This document shows, one piece after another, positions 62,751 to 64,000 of a stretch of DNA of 64,000 nt. The translations under genes were made by a program, and so were the position numbers. This DNA is from Raillietiella orientalis (Eukaryota). The DNA lies in NCBI GenBank assembly GCA_036172245.1, contig JAYWIR010000001.1, forward strand, positions 6,758,001-6,822,000. Direction: 5' to 3'. The notes under the pieces were generated by a model. It searched no databases and was not told where the DNA came from. It was given only the letters and a program-made list of their open reading frames with translations. The number at the start of each line of letters is the position of its first letter. The stretch's first letter is position 1.

Positions 62751-64000
62751 GTATCACCCGGTTGAGTCGGGACATCTATTCAGAGAAAGTGGACAAACCA
62801 TCTGAGAACCAAGTTTCCAGGCTAAGAAAAAAGTGCAAGACATGCAGGTCGGGCAATCTGGAAATCCAGAGCGGGAAGGAGGGGAGTAACTATAAAAAAA
62901 ATAAAAACACGCAGGGTGGGGACAGAGTTTTTGGTATCGGCCGTTCCTTCCTTTCAGGACCGGCGCCGAATGCCGGCGATGTCCTTCCTTACTTCTTTAA
63001 GTTGAGACACCTAGCAGCCGTACTCATGTTGGCAGCTGCGATCCGGATGACCTCCCTCACGACTTGCGTCTCCATCACGTTCGGGCCCATGATGATGGCG
63101 CGGATGCAACAGATCGTTGCGACGACCGCGCCGAGCGAGAGGCAGCAACCGCCGCATCACGTCGACGGCGGTGTCACCCTGGTGCAGGAGCGCTGAAAGC
63201 AGCTTCCTCCATAGTTCTTGGAGTCGAATAGCAGGTGCAGGAGCGATTCCATCGCCCCGCACCTTCTGCAGTTCGGGATGGGGGGCGACTCCTGTGGAAA
63301 CCAGGTGCGCGCACTGAATGCAATGGAAACCCCAATGCAACAACAGCATCACATCCTGCTTCCAACGAAGAAGGAACGCGGAGGTGTTCAAACACGAGGG
63401 AGGGGCACAAGTTCTTCGAGGGGCACACTCAACAGTTTGCTCCACCGAAGGAGTCCGTTCGCCGAGTCAGGAGGAGCGGCGGCGTTTGCCAGCCCGCTCG
63501 TCTTCCAGACGCCCAAGGGTCCGGTTTCTCCAGCAACCGTGCAGGAGCCCTTCCACCCCACTGGTAGGCAACTTGCCCTTAGGGCAGACAGCGCTGCGGC
63601 AAGGGGCGTGGCAGCCGGGCGACTCCACTTGTCCTGGTCCTGAAACACATCTCCCAGTGGACGGCTTAGGTGAAGCTGCAGGCTCCGAAGTTCCGCTGGC
63701 GGCACTTCTTGGTGGCAAATCCGAAGGATGACGCCTCCTGCCATCGCCACGTGTTGAAGTTCTCTGGGCGGCAGGAGATCCACGAATGACATTTCAGGAT
63801 CGAGGACTGCTTCCTCACTGGGCAACCGGATCCTCTCGTGGCTCCGCTCGTCGAGTGGATGGAAGACCAAGCACTCTTAGATCTCCAGCAGCTGCATCTC
63901 CTTTCTTCACGCTTACGAGATGATCATGAGCTTCGCTTCCAGAAATCCTCCATTGGCGCCATCGATGGATCGACGCCAGTTCTCGGGCGTCGATGCTCTG
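62750..64000 (-). mobile_element. decayed L1/Tx1-like ORF2 3' part with the best-preserved zinc finger
   Basis: WKQDVMLLLH...PNCRRCGAMESLLHLLFD..ELW at about 63205-63365, a zf-RVT-type motif. Confidence 0.7.

Overview
Eukaryotic, arthropod-like genomic DNA, not prokaryotic. The one intact gene I can support is a + strand ether-a-go-go (eag/KCNH1/Kv10-type) voltage-gated K+ channel. Ten coding exons (1848-49334) splice in frame at GT..AG sites and give PAS, S1-S6 with the SVGFGN filter, C-linker, CNBHD, CaM-binding and coiled-coil regions. The first exon lies upstream of the window. Most intronic and downstream DNA is a mosaic of old, frameshifted, internally deleted L1/Tx1-like non-LTR retrotransposon ORF2 copies in both orientations. 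I recognised these by eye from APE endonuclease, RT (FADD), thumb and zinc-finger motif remnants. The most unusual pattern is at about ten places, where the ORF2 C-terminus and 3' UTR run directly into the start of the next endonuclease domain with no ORF1 or poly(A) tail. In the best-preserved cases an AATAAA sits at or just before the start codon. This suggests an ORF2-only element propagating as head-to-tail concatemers. Also present are a probable Tc1-like remnant, a young duplicated element with a 24-bp minisatellite, and microsatellites. Element boundaries are approximate and nothing was database-checked.
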